DNA of 64,000 nucleotides from Anolis carolinensis (Eukaryota): positions 2,957,757 to 3,021,756 of the forward strand of contig NW_026943818.1 of NCBI RefSeq assembly GCF_035594765.1, written 5' to 3'. Numbering within the stretch: position 1 is the stretch's first letter; every line of letters starts with the position of its first letter. Below the pieces are notes generated by a model. It saw nothing but the letters and a program-made list of their open reading frames with translations, made no database searches and was not told the origin of the DNA. Positions 36,001 to 48,799 of this stretch are shown one piece after another. The position numbers and the translations under genes are program-made.

Positions 36001-37315
36001 CTTGGAAGCATCTGAGAGCCCCATTGTGGACTCACTTGGGTGTGGTTTAGCACAGGTCTGAGGGGTCTCTTCATAATTTGAATGAGAGAAGGTTTGCCTT
36101 GCTTTCATGGCCTAGATCTGAGTGTACTTTCAACCTCTTTGTGTTGATTCAGGGCTTTTCTGGAGAGAAAGGCAGTTCAGTTCTATCCCCAAAGTGGTCC
36201 AGAAGTTTTCCAAATCTTCCCCATATTTTCAGTCCCTTTCACAGAGAAAAAAGTGGGCCATTAGTTCAGATTTGGAGTTGGGTGGCTCTGCTTCTAAGGG
36301 TCGGATTGCTGCGGGATGTTTTCGTGAGTGGCAAAGCGGATGCCCTTCTTGCTTGTTGCAGATGAAGATTTCCTTCAACGAGTCCAGCCTGCAGACCATG
36401 TTTGAGTATCCCTCTGAGAGCTCTTTGGTGGAGGAAGAGGAGGAGGAGGAAGAGGAAGAGGAAGAAGAATATGCCACGGAGGTGGATGAGGCCCCGCTAG
36501 CGCTCTTCATCCCTCGCGCCACCGGCACCAGGCACCCAAACACCACCAACTCAGGTAGAGCTCACAGTCCTATGGAAGGAAGGGCCTGGATATTTTCTGA
36601 TATTTTCCTTGTTGACTGGAGGAATGCTGAGGCGAAGCACTTGCTGCAGGAAGGGATTAGAGCAGAGCTTTCCCAACAGTTCATCTTGGGGACCCTTGCT
36701 CTTGAGACAGGCTTCATTTTGCAACACTTTTACTTGCAAAGTGGAGGTTACACGCACACTGCAGGCGAGACACAATTTGGGCTCTGGATTAGAGTCACCA
36801 AGGGGCCCCCAGTCGCCGGAGAGAAGGCCCGGGCTAGAATCAGCCATCTCCTCTACTAGCCCCCCTCCATTTCTCCTCAATAAAGCCATTTGCCCTTTCT
36901 TTGTAGGTTTATCCAGTTACACCCCAAAGCACTCCCTGGAATTCGGCAAGTGGCAGGAGAAGCAGCAGGAGGGGGCACCTCCAAGTCCAGGGGCCTTTCC
37001 ACGAGATGCTGACCAGCTGGTCCTCCAAGACATGGTAAGGCCTGCTTCTCATCATTTTTGCAGAAGAACATGGGGTGGAGGAGAAGGAGCCAAGGGGCAC
37101 ACTTAGCAAAAAGGCTGCAGACGGTTCCCAGGTTCATCAAAGAGCAGAGGTGAGACCATGGCCGTCCAGCTGTGTGTCACTGGGAAGGCCATTCTTCCCT
37201 TCCCTGGAAGAATAAGAAAAGGCTTTATGCCTTTCCTCTTGTCTCTTTGCAGCTCACCCCAGCCGACACGGACAGCCTCTCCGACTTCAGTAGTGAACCT
37301 GCCCTTTACTTCTGA
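30058..37315 (+). CDS. TPRN: Taperin (4 exons, 715 aa)
   Basis: Exons 30058-31821 (MSSAGLPAWKQAILERKRAKL, ENPFMRLE, GNTFTVVPKRK, KKRYPTVHEIEVIGGYLSL), 36362-36554 (MKISFNE, PP1 RVxF motif; poly-E), 36907-37034 (GLSSYTPKHS), 37253-37315 (LTPA..LSDFSSEPALYF*). Phases 0/1/0 are consistent. Possible ATTAAA at 38718. Confidence 0.95.
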
Positions 37316-40163
37316 CTTCCCAGCCTCACTTGGTGCTGAGCAGAGAGACCTGCGGAGGCCTTGGGTCACTCCAGAAAAAAATGGAAGGGTTGGACCGTCT
37401 TTTCCCTTGTGAATGCGAAGGGGGGCGTCTCATACTTTCAGCGGATGCTCAGGCATCCTTTGCTTGGAGGCAGCTCACCTCTTTTCTGCCCGTTGCCTTA
37501 ATAGTTCTGTCTTCAGACCAGCTTTGAAAGCAAGTCTCCTTGATGGATGCAGGTCTGAGCGAGTTACTTCCCTGCTGCTGGTTTTGAGATTTCTCGGAAT
37601 ACAGCTACCAGCAGCATTCGAATGGGGCAGTTGAGCTGGTGCTGAGTCCAAGCAGACAAGCTGTGCTTTGATAGCTGGAAAACCCCATATTGGTGAATGT
37701 TTGGACTCCTCTTGTGCGCAAAGCCTGACGTTGCCTGCGTTGGTGAGCACAAGAAAAGGACAAGAGCGGCCCTCCGTGTCTCTGACGTGGGCATAGCCAA
37801 ACTCCAGCCCTGCCTGGGTCCCCTTACGTTCAGGTGCTGTAACAAACATGACGTCAGTGAGGGCGCAGGGGCTGGGGTAGGCCTTGTAGCAGCGTGGACC
37901 ACTTCTCTGTGGAGCTGAGTGTTTGTGGTGCATGCTTGCACACATAACACATCTGGATCCATCAGCTGTCACAGGGTTTTGGTAAAAAGGGGCTGGGAGT
38001 AGTTGCTCCTCTGGTTAGCTGGCTCTCTTTCGCCCCAATATGCCCCTCTGGGCACTGGCCAAGCTCTTGTCCAAACGCCTCCAAGTCTGTGTCTGGGGAT
38101 TAGGGATGCTGCCAGTCCTCTCCCAAAGCCATGGCCCTCAAAGCCAAGACCACTCCGCTGTTGGGTCAATCCCACTGATTCCGGTGTGGAGGATCCCGTG
38201 GGTCTCCGGCCTGTTCCCCCCTTCCCCACTTTGCAATAATGACCTCTTGCTTCCACGTTCTCCAGAAACAGCTGAAACGTTGTTGATAATATTCAGGTTG
38301 TGGAAGCAAGATTCAGTACTGTAGCCTTAGCGCCCCTTTAGCCCTCAGTGCAGGAAACTCAGTCGGCATCTATGTTCTGCCTGCCAGGGACCGACCTCGG
38401 CCGACTCCCAAAGGACCCCGATTTTTGCTCTGAAACCTACTATGTGTGTATTTCCTTCAATTAGGATCTGTCGAATCAAAGCTGATTTCTCTCTGTGGTG
38501 GGTTGTAAAACGTTCTGTATTTTTGCACTTGATAATAACAACGACAATGATAATGTATTTGCAGGAGAAGTGTGGCCAGGGAAGGGCCTCTGCCCCGCAC
38601 GCTCAGCCGGCCGCTGTTGCTGGGTCTGGCTGGAGGGGCCAAAACGGCGGCACAGGGGTCCACTTCCCCCCCTCACTTCCCCTCTTTGGATGGTTTCACT
38701 TTGTGCTTCCAAAGCTCATTAAACTACACAAGTGATTGCTTCACAACTGGCTACTTGTGGCTTTTTTGGGTGCTAAAATCCCACACGTTTAGGCTAAAGA
38801 AACCGGGCCTTAAAAGGGAAAGGACTGCTGGGCAAATCCTTCCCTCTCCTCCTTTCCAGGGTCCATATTCTGCCTTGTTTTTATCTGTTTGACCAAAAAG
38901 AACGAGAAGAAGCCTTATGGAAAACAAGGGCCCACAGGATGCAGTCATTATTCAAGCACCATTGGCCATACATTGCGCGGGAATATTGTAGGATCCAACC
39001 AACATACGGTGGGAGGGGGCTCAGAGGTGACTGATTTCGATCCCCTTCTGCAGTAGAGTCTCACTTATCCAACATAAACAGGCCGGCAGAATGTTGGACA
39101 AGCGAATATGTTGGATAATAAGGAGGCATTAAGGAAAAGCCTATTAAACATCAAATTAAGTTATGATTTTACAAATGAAGCACCAAAACATCATGTTAGA
39201 TAACAAATTTGGCAGAAAAAGTAGTTCAATATGCAGTAATGCTATGTAGTAATTACTGTATTTATGAATTTAGCACCAAAATATCACGATATATTGAAAA
39301 CATTGACTACAAAAATGCGTTGGATAATCCAGAACGTTGGATAAGCGAGTGTTGGATAAGTGAGACTCTACTGTACTTGCAAGGCCTGAAGGGCAGCTAT
39401 TCAGTCACTGCCAAGCTGTTTGCCCCCCATTCCCCAAATGGGACAAGAATCCCTGGGTTTCTGCCAGAGCCTAGCAGTGCCTTTAGCCCAGGCTTCTTCT
39501 GAAATAGCCGGCTCCGCTAATGCCGGTGATAATCAGAGCTATTTCTAAGCCATGCGTTAAGCCCTGCTATTTCAAAAGCCCCAATCCCAGGCTGGCTTTG
39601 GACTCCTGGGAAAGTGCGCTGGGGTTGCTTACATAAAGGGTGGTGTGGATCAATTGGAAATGGCAGTCATATGGATGCTCAGCCATTGGTGTTTTTTGTG
39701 GACCAGCCTGGCTCTGTTGGGGCCCATTTCCCCTTTTGACTGATGCTACTGTGGTGGTCCGTTGAACCTCAGGAGCACAAAGTGTGCAAAAGTATGTCCC
39801 ACGGAGGAGGAATGAGCAAGGCTTGCGTTGCTGCTGCTGTGGAGTCACGGTTTCCAATGCCAGGAAAAGAGATGCCACCCAAACACCAGGAAGAGCATCC
39901 CAAGGGTCAGAGCTGTTTGGAACCTTTGAAGGCCCTCAATGAACGCCATCTCTTTCCCCCTAAGAAAGAGACTCATTTCTTCACTTCTCCCACGGGGAGG
40001 GCCGGCCACTGGAGGGGAGCGTTCCGTGGCTCTGTGACCTCACAATCTGCTCCAGAATCCCTGTTGCAAGGCTCTGTCCCCCCCACCCGCTGGCCTGACC
40101 GACTGTCCCTTAGCCGCAGAGGCTCCTTGGAAGGCATGAGGGATCCTTAGGCGAAGGACTGCC

Positions 40164-41966
40164 ATGATGCACCTGACCTGCATAGTCTTCCTCTGCATCG
40201 CAGCTTCGTCTTCCTGTGAGTCTTGCAGCCAGCGAGCAGCTGGGCATTTCTTCTTCTTCCTTTTATTATTATCCTGCTGCTAAAAAAGAGTTAGAGCAGC
40301 TTTCCCTTTGTGATATGTGACCGGGAGGGTGCCATTGTCGACAGCCTTGGTTTGTAGTTTCCATCCTGCCTCGCTCTTTTTATCTAATCACAAGTCTCTA
40401 AATGGTTCCCACTTTCTATATTGTTAGCATTTGTTTTTATGGGCCGGTGGCAGATTACAGGGCGCCAAGACCGAAGCAAGGTGGGAAGGATACGGGACGT
40501 CTCTTGACATGGGCCCAATCCTCACTCAGAGCGGGTTCCTCTGATTCCTTTGCTTCCCAGTGGAAACCACCAAGGAAGAGAGACCCAAAGCTCAGTCTCA
40601 CGGCTCGGACCTCCGGCTGGACAGTTTCAATGAGAGCGGCGCAGAGGGCCATGGGGACGTTGTCCGGAGAGCCATCCGGAAGGTGAGCCCAGGGATCTGG
40701 CCGTTCCTTGATACATGGGCCCTCTCTGCCCAAAGAGAGTCTGGCACAGAACTCACACAACTTCTTGTCCACAGTATCCAGAAGACTCTGGAGACAGCCG
40801 TGTCGGGCATCGGCATGACTCCTTCGAAGGTAAGGCCCACCTGGCACCTGGCATTCAGATAGGAAACTTGCCTCTGTGGCTGAGATTGGTGACAGAGATC
40901 AGATCTGGCCTTTGGGTTCCTCTGGGTTCACACTCTGCACAGCTTTGGGCAGAGGAGGTCTTGTTTCCCATGGCTGTCTTCCAAACCATACAGATTCAGA
41001 GCTCCCATTTGTGGTGGTCCCAGGGGTGATTTGACCTATTTCAAACAGTGAAGGTAACCTTAACAAGTGGGCTCCCCTCCTTTGGAAGCTGTTCAGCAGA
41101 CATGGGATGGCCGAGGGCCAGGACACTTTGGTTGCTTTCGTGGTCATGCAAAGCAGCACTGAGCCATGCAGCTCCTTCCTTCCGTCCTTTCCTTCTTCCC
41201 ACCCTCCCTCCCTTTCCTTCCTTTGCTCACTCGTTTGCTCCATCCCCCTTCCTTTTTCCCTCCCTTCCTTCCTCCGCTGCCTCTTGTGTTGCAGTGCCAA
41301 TCCAAGACGACTGCCAGTGCCCGCCGACGATGTCCGAAAGCACGGTGGTGGCCCTGGTGGCCACCTTGGCTTTCCTGGCCTTCCTCCCCACTGTCCTCCT
41401 CCTGGCGGCGGTCATTTGGTTCTTGTGCTGGGTGGTGAGGACAAATAAGTAAGTCTGGGAACCCTCCCCTGCCAGAGTGGCCCTTGGGTTTGGTGTCCCC
41501 TTTCTGATCTCAGGCCTTTCCTTCTCCCTCTTGGTTCCCAGGAAGAAGGAGAAAGAGGAGAAGGCGGGCCACCCGTCGCATCCTCGGAGGCGGGCCCCTC
41601 CTGTCCCGTAAGTGGCCCAAGCCCAGGTCGGGGGGGCTCCAGGCCTTTCCTGAAGGGGGCTTGACACGGCCATTCACCCCATCCAGATATGGGGCAGTTG
41701 GGGGTCCCTTGTGTTGCCTTTCAGCCCTGCCTTTGCTTCTGGTTGCAGGCCTCCTCGCCCAGACAACAGCTTCAGGTTGTCAAGGCAGACCTACGGATAT
41801 GAGCGGATCCAGCCGGCCTCCCCGTGAGTGCCCCTTCTCTGCCCCAAGCCCTCTTTCACCCCCCACCTGCCCCGATCCTGCTCCCAACTAGGAAAATCAC
41901 ACCATGTTCTCATTTAGCCAATGACCACTTTGTCCCATGGTGCTTCACTTTCCTTAATTGTTGTTG

Positions 41967-42020
<54 letters not shown>

Positions 42021-42108
42021 TATGACACAGCAAACAAGATAGATATGCTGGATTTCATATCACAAAATCACAAGTCGAACACTTCCCAAGTGTCTAGGAC
42101 TGTGTGAT

Positions 42109-42160
<52 letters not shown>

Positions 42161-43727
42161 ATCATTTCTACCCCGCCCTTCTCACCCATCAGGGGACTCA
42201 GGGCGGCTTACAATACAACCATATACATCAGAAAAACAGTTTACATCAAATTTAAAAGTCTTTCAAATTTAAAAATTAAAATATACATTAAAAACAGCAT
42301 AATTGTACATTTAAATAAACATTTAAGGCGCTTTTCATGTCCAGGTGGGGGTCTATCAGTGAGTTATACAGTAGAGTCTCACTTATCCAACACTCGCTTA
42401 TCCAACGTTCTGGATTATCCAACGCATTTTTGTAGACAATGTTTTCAATACATCATGATATTTTGGTGCTAAATTCGTAAATACAGTAATTGCTACATAG
42501 CATTACTGTGTATTGAACTACTTTTTCTGTCAAATTTGTTGTATAACATGATGTTATGGTGCTTAATTTGTAAAATCATAACCTAATTTGATGTTTAATA
42601 GGCTTTTCCTTAATCTCTCCTTATTATCCAACATATTCACTTATCCAACGTTCTGCCGGCCCGTTTACGTTGGATAAGCGAGACTCTACTGTATATTCAT
42701 ATCGTGATTCTGCTGCTACTCATGCTCAAATGCCTGATCCCATCGCCACGTTTTTGTTCTCTTTCGGAAGGACAGGAGGGCGGGAGCCTGTCTAATTTCG
42801 TTTGGGAGGGCGTTCAATAGGCGGGGGGCCCCAAAGGCCACCCAGTCCAACCCTTCTGCCATCAAATAAGACACCATCCAAGCCCTCCCAACAGATGCCC
42901 TACAGCCTCTGCTTTAAGACCTTCAGAGAAGAAGACTTGTATCAACATACTTTCCTGTGAGGCACCAATATCCCAGCTGGGTGGACAGAAGGGGCCGAGA
43001 AGAACCTGCTATATTTCATCCTGAGCTTTTGTGGAGATTGTCTTGCTTCTTGAGAGCTCATGCTGAGATCAATGGGTCGGCCTTAAAGGTCTCTCACAGC
43101 CCTTGGCCATTCTTTGGCCAGAAACATGGCCTTGTCCTCTTTTCTCTGCCTTTGTGTCCTTCCAGGCGAGATACGCAAGGGGTCTACCTGAATGCCAGTG
43201 AGCTGCACCCCGGGCCCAGGTGAGCAAGAGCAAAGGGAGAACGGACATCCTCCTTTAAGAGGAATCTTCCCAGTCAAGTGTTTTGACTTTTGCTTCATTG
43301 CTTCCCATATTTTGACTCCAGTCCTCTTTTTCCTTGTGATTTCAGAAGCCCTCGGGAGATGACCTACCAGAACCTTAAGTTAGTGGAATCCAAGTCAGTA
43401 ACAACAAGGAACTGGGGGGCCTCTTCTTGGATGGTTGGCTGGATGGCTAAATGAATGAATATCCTAATGATTTCCTGCACCCATTTGAACTTAGACTTTA
43501 AGGCTTTATTTGGTTCCTTAGTGGGGCTCCTAATACAGCTATTGAAGTCCAAACTTCCTATTGATCTGCATTTGGGTTTTCGTAACCAGTTTGGGCTCCA
43601 GACCCTATGGAGTTAAAGTCCTGTTTTTCCTTGTGATTTCAGAAGCCAAGAGGCCAGTTACCAGAACCTGAAGCCAATGGAACCTAAGTCAGTATGAACA
43701 AGGAAGTGGGAGGCCTCTTCTTGGTTG

Positions 43728-43779
<52 letters not shown>

Positions 43780-46570
43780 TCTTGCTACTAATCTGGGAAC
43801 CACAACACCTTCAAACATGGGGCTGGGGAGGTCTAGCATTTGGGAAATGCTGTGACTGTAGGTCCCAGAATCCCCAGCAGGAGCAGTTGCTGGGAACTGT
43901 AGTCAGAAAAAGCAGAGATGGAAATGGGGGGCAGCGGTGGTGGAAAGGGCCAGCTGGGCAAACTGAAGGAAAAGCAGAAGGGCTGAGCCTCCCTTCCTTG
44001 CCTTTCCAGGACAACCGTAGAGACGGGGTACATCAGCCCTGAGCGAGTGCTGCCTCTTTCCACGTGAGTCGCTGGGAGGGAAAGGTGGCCCCTGAGCATG
44101 TGCAGAGATCGGTCCTCCGCAATTCCCCATGTCCGGGCCCCGTGACCATTTTCTCCCTCGCAACCCCTCCCTTATTTATTTATTTGTTTGTTTACTACAT
44201 TTATATCCTGCACTTCTAACCCCCAAGGGGACTCAGAGCAGCTTACAAATTAAATTTACATATAATATTATATTATTAGCATAGTACAATACTGGCAATA
44301 AATTACTATATTGTACTGTATCAATATATTGTAGTATTATTAGTAATATTACATGTAAATATATAATATATAATATATTATTAGGAGCCCCGGTGGCAAA
44401 GTGCGTTAAAGCACTGAGCTGCAGACCGAAAGGTCCCAGGTTCAATCCCTGGGAGCGGCGTGAGCAACCACTGTTAGCTCCAGCTCCTGCCAACCGAGCA
44501 GTTCAAAAACACTGGCATGACTGCGCTCCATGCAGTCATGCCAGTGGCCACATGACCTTGGAGGTGTCTACGGACAACGCCGGCTCTTCGGCTTAGAAAT
44601 GGAGATGAGCACCACACCCCAGAGTCAGACATGACTGGACTTAACATCAGGGGAAAACCTTTATCTTTAATATATTATTATATTGTATTATTAGTATTAC
44701 AGTAGATCTTACTTATCCAAGCCTCGCTTATCCAAGCCTCTGGATAATCCAAGCCATTTTTGTAGTCAATGTTTTCAATATATCGTGATATTTTGGTGCT
44801 AAATTCATAAATACAGTAATTACAACATAACATTACTGCGTATTGAACTACTTTTTCTGTCAAATTTGTTGTATAACATGATGCTTTGGTGCTTAATTTG
44901 TATAATCATAACCTAATTTGATGTTTAATAGGCTTTTCCTTAATCCCTCCTTATTATCCAAGCTTCTGCTGGCCCGTTTAGCTTGGATAAGTGATACTCT
45001 ACTGTATATCGTACTACAATATAACATTATGAATATTATATGTATATACAATGTGTTATATTATTATATATTATTGCAATATAATCCCTTGCGTCCTTCT
45101 TCTTCCAGGCCTCCTTTGGAGAAGAGGTACATGAGTGCGGAGAAGTACATGAATATCGATCACTCCCATCCAACCTCTCTGTAAGTTTGGGTTCCATTAC
45201 CCATTTTGTCCTTTTATTCAGAGCAGCAGCAAGAATTTGGGGGTTCTCCAGAACCTCTTCGTTAGAATAAGAGGCTAAAAAAAAATCTGCTGCCCAGACA
45301 ATCAGTTTTGCACTCTTCTCCCTTCCCGCAGAACTGGAAGCGGCCCAGGGACCACCATGTCGCCAACATTGTCCCCAAAAGGGTGAGTAAGGTTTCCTTG
45401 ATGGACGCAAACACCAGAAAGTACTCTAAATCCCCACCTATAACATTTCCAGAACTTCTAGTCCTCATGATGCAAAACCCTTGGGAGTTAGTGTTACAAT
45501 TTTCTGGTTGTTATGGAAAACTACCCAAAAATACAACAGAGCATCTAAAATAGAAAAACAGGATACTTATGTAGTTGAGCATTCAGCTCACAGCAAGCAG
45601 AGCATGAAGTGCCGTTGGTTGTGGCTGTAAAGAATTTAGAGCTTTTACATGCAGAGTCGTAAAAATTACAAAAGGTCTATTTACAATAAAAATAACTACA
45701 GTAGAGTCTCACTTATCCAACACTCGCTTATCCAATGTTCTGGATTATCCAACGCATTTTTGTAGTCAATGTTTTCAATATATCATGATATTTTGGTGCT
45801 AAATTCATAAATACAGTAATTACTACATATCATTACTGTGTATTGAACTACTTTTACTGTCAAATTTGTTGTATAACATGATGTTTTGGTGCTTAATTTG
45901 TAAAATCATAACTTAATTTGGTGTTTAATAGGCTTCTCCTTAATCTCTCCTTGTTATAATAATAATAATAATAATAATTTTATTTTTGTACCCCGCCACC
46001 ATCTCCCCAGAGGGACTCGGGGTGGCTTACAGATATAAAACCAACATACAATAATATCAAATACAAAAACACACAAATAAATATGTTATCCAACATATTC
46101 GCTTATCCAACGTTCTGCTGGCCCGTTTATGTTGGATAAGTGAGACTCTACTGTAATTACATTCCGTAATGGTTAAAGCATTGGGTCTTAGCTATTCTAA
46201 CACACATTTCTTCTAACGTTTCAAGAGAGGGAAAAATCACCAAACACTACATCTCTCCTGACACATAAGCATACGCACAGCTCACACCAAGATGCAAAAG
46301 TAGAAGTCCAAAGTAAAGGCTTGCAATAGAAAAGTATCCATTCTACACAGCCAATCTGAACAAGAGCAGAAGCAGAGCAGAGAGAAGAAATTAGATAGAT
46401 ACATTCCAACTGTCATCCAGGAGACATGGGTGAAGGGAAACCCTCAGCCTGTTCTAAAGCTAACTCTTCCTCATTGAGGACTGCAGACTTGGGCAGCGTG
46501 GGGTTGAACTCCAACACTTTCTGCTTCCCTTTCCAGGCAGAACAACCATATCTACGAAGAGATAAGATGA
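40164..46570 (+). CDS. Unrecognised type-I transmembrane tyrosine-motif adaptor, 13 exons, 293 aa
   Basis: Exons 40164-40215, 40561-40682, 40775-40829, 41295-41448, 41542-41607, 41749-41823, 43166-43219, 43346-43393, 43643-43687, 44010-44063, 45109-45180, 45332-45382, 46537-46570. All GT-AG with pyrimidine tracts; they join into an 882-nt stop-free frame; gccATG start; ATTAAA at 46646. Confidence 0.82.
43727..43780. repeat. (GATA)n microsatellite
   Basis: Direct reading; a (TATC)n tract also lies at ~5246-5300. Confidence 0.9.
44384..44669 (+). mobile_element. Sauria-type SINE (internally deleted)
   Basis: tRNA-like head ggagccccggtggc..ggttcaatccc, body cacatgaccttggaggtgtctacggacaacgccggctcttcggcttagaaatggagatgagcacc, acctttatcttta tail. 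Confidence 0.8.
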
Positions 46571-46956
46571 GAGGAGGGCAGCGCATGGATGGTCTGTCCA
46601 CACGAAGGAGAGGGCCCCGCAGGATGGGGACTGCCTCGGCTTTGCATTAAAGCATCTCTTGTTTTGTTTTTTCCCCTCCTTTACTCATATGGTGTTTGCA
46701 AATGTTATGGTTTCCATATTCCTAAGCAGAACCGGCCTGCTTTGACCTCTTAACAGTGAACACACTTTACAGCATTTCCTGCTCTTGGGAGCTTTGGGGG
46801 AGTTTGCCTGTTATCCCATACCTCTGTATGCCATTTATAGGAAGGCAGTGGCCTAAAAGGGATAATTATTCTGGTTACTTTAAAGATGTCTACAAATTCT
46901 AATGTGTTTTTTGAAATTCAGTAGATTATGTTGCCCCGTGGGGGTTGGTAGATGCC

Positions 46957-47013
<57 letters not shown>

Positions 47014-47019
47014 GCTACA

Positions 47020-47402
47020 ACAACACAATAGACTCACTGAACCCATGGCTCCATTGGGATTGATAGATGCCAGGTTAATAATAACAGAGGTAGTGATAAC
47101 AATACAGTAGACTCAGTAAACTCATGGGGATTGGTAAATGATATAATAATAATAATAATAATAAACAATAGACATTGATAAAATTACGATCTGCCAACTG
47201 CAAAAGGCCACCAGTTAGACTGGGATCTGTGCGCATCATCCAAAAATACATCACACAGTCCTAGACACTTGGGAAGTGTTCGACTTGTGATTTTGTCATA
47301 CGAAATCCAGCATATCTATCTTGTTTGCTGTGTCATACAATAAAATAATAATAATAATATAATAGATTCAGCAAACCCATGGCACTCATGGGACTGGTAA
47401 AC

Positions 47403-47454
<52 letters not shown>

Positions 47455-47506
47455 AGTAGACTCAGCAAACCCATGGCACTCATGGGAATTGGTAAACATA
47501 ATAATG

Positions 47507-47555
<49 letters not shown>

Positions 47556-48030
47556 AGTAGACTCAGCAAACCCATGGCACCCATGGGGATTGGTAAATGT
47601 AATAATAATAATAATAATAATACAGTAGACTCAGCAAACCCATGGCACTCATGGGGACTGGTAAACGTAATAATAATAATAATAATAATAATAATACAGT
47701 AGACTCAGCAAACCCATGGCACTCATGGGGATTGGTAAATAATAATGATACAGTAGACTCAGCAAACCCATGGCACTCATGGGGATTGGTAAACGTAATA
47801 ATAATAATAATAATTATAATACTACAGTAGACTCAGCAAACCCATGGCACTCATGGGGATTCGTAAACGTAATACTAATATAACAATAATGATGATGATG
47901 ATGTAGATTCTCAATGAACCCATAGCCTCCATCACTATTGATATATATTATAATAAGAATAGTATTAATAATAATAATGGGCTCTTAATGAATCCATGGC
48001 CTCCATGGGGATTGATAGATGCCAGGTTAA
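47020..48030. repeat. Minisatellite: ~45-bp constant unit separated by (AAT)n
   Basis: cagtagactcagcaaacccatggcactcatggggattggtaaac repeated; same family as 54540-56960. Confidence 0.88.
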
Positions 48031-48799
48031 TAGTAGTAGTACTGTAGTAATAATAATAATAATAATACACTTTATATTCCGCTTTATTTCCCTGGAGGGA
48101 CTCAGAGCGGATCACAGTACATGTAAAGGCAAACATTCAATGCCTTTTTACACAACGAACAACGACATACAATACACAGATATGGTAAAGGCCTTCCCTT
48201 TTTCATCTCTGGCGTCTGGAGGTGCTGCTCAACTTCCGGCCATGTTCCATTTTCCACGATGAGGAGCCTGCTGCCCGTAGATATCTCCGATCTTTTTTGC
48301 TGCATGGGGCACCCTTTTACCTTCCCGCCAAGGCAGTACCTACTGATCTACTTGCATTGCATGCTTTGAACTGCTACGTTGGCAGAAGCTGGGGCTGACA
48401 GTCGGGAGCTCAGCCCGACTTGCGGCTTTGAATTGCTAAGCTTTTTCTACAGCTAGCAATTTTAACCATAAGCCCTTAGTAGTGGTAGTAATAATGTCAA
48501 GAGCTGTTCAACAGTGGAACTCTCTGCTTCTGAGTCCTTCCTTGCCAATACTCTCCCATACCAATAATAATGATAATATTGTCAGGTGGGGTTTTGCCCC
48601 TGAGGCTGAGAGAGTGTGACCCCACTTTAGTGGGCCTTTCTTTTGCTAGACTGCACGAGAGAGTCACCTATGCTTTGAAATATAGTTTAATGTGGACTGC
48701 AGTGGTCTCCGGCCTTCTCTTTTGGGCTTCAAGCCAAGCCCAGGCATTTCCTCCTGCCATGGTTTCCTCAGAAACCAGCCATGGCTGCCCTGTTTATGT

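Noticed and set aside
31900-36300. Hidden gene in the repeat-poor TPRN intron 1
   Set aside because: Only short ORFs with no recognisable homology, and I could not assemble a consistent exon chain.
40560-40862. One long exon 40561-40829 for the adaptor gene
   Set aside because: It would end in phase 0 and not fit the phase-1 TM exon; the 92-nt intron 40683-40774 restores the frame.
43346-46570. Canonical ITIM/ITSM calls for TYQNL, SYQNL and IYEEI
   Set aside because: The residues at Y-2 are M, A and H rather than I/V/L/S or T.
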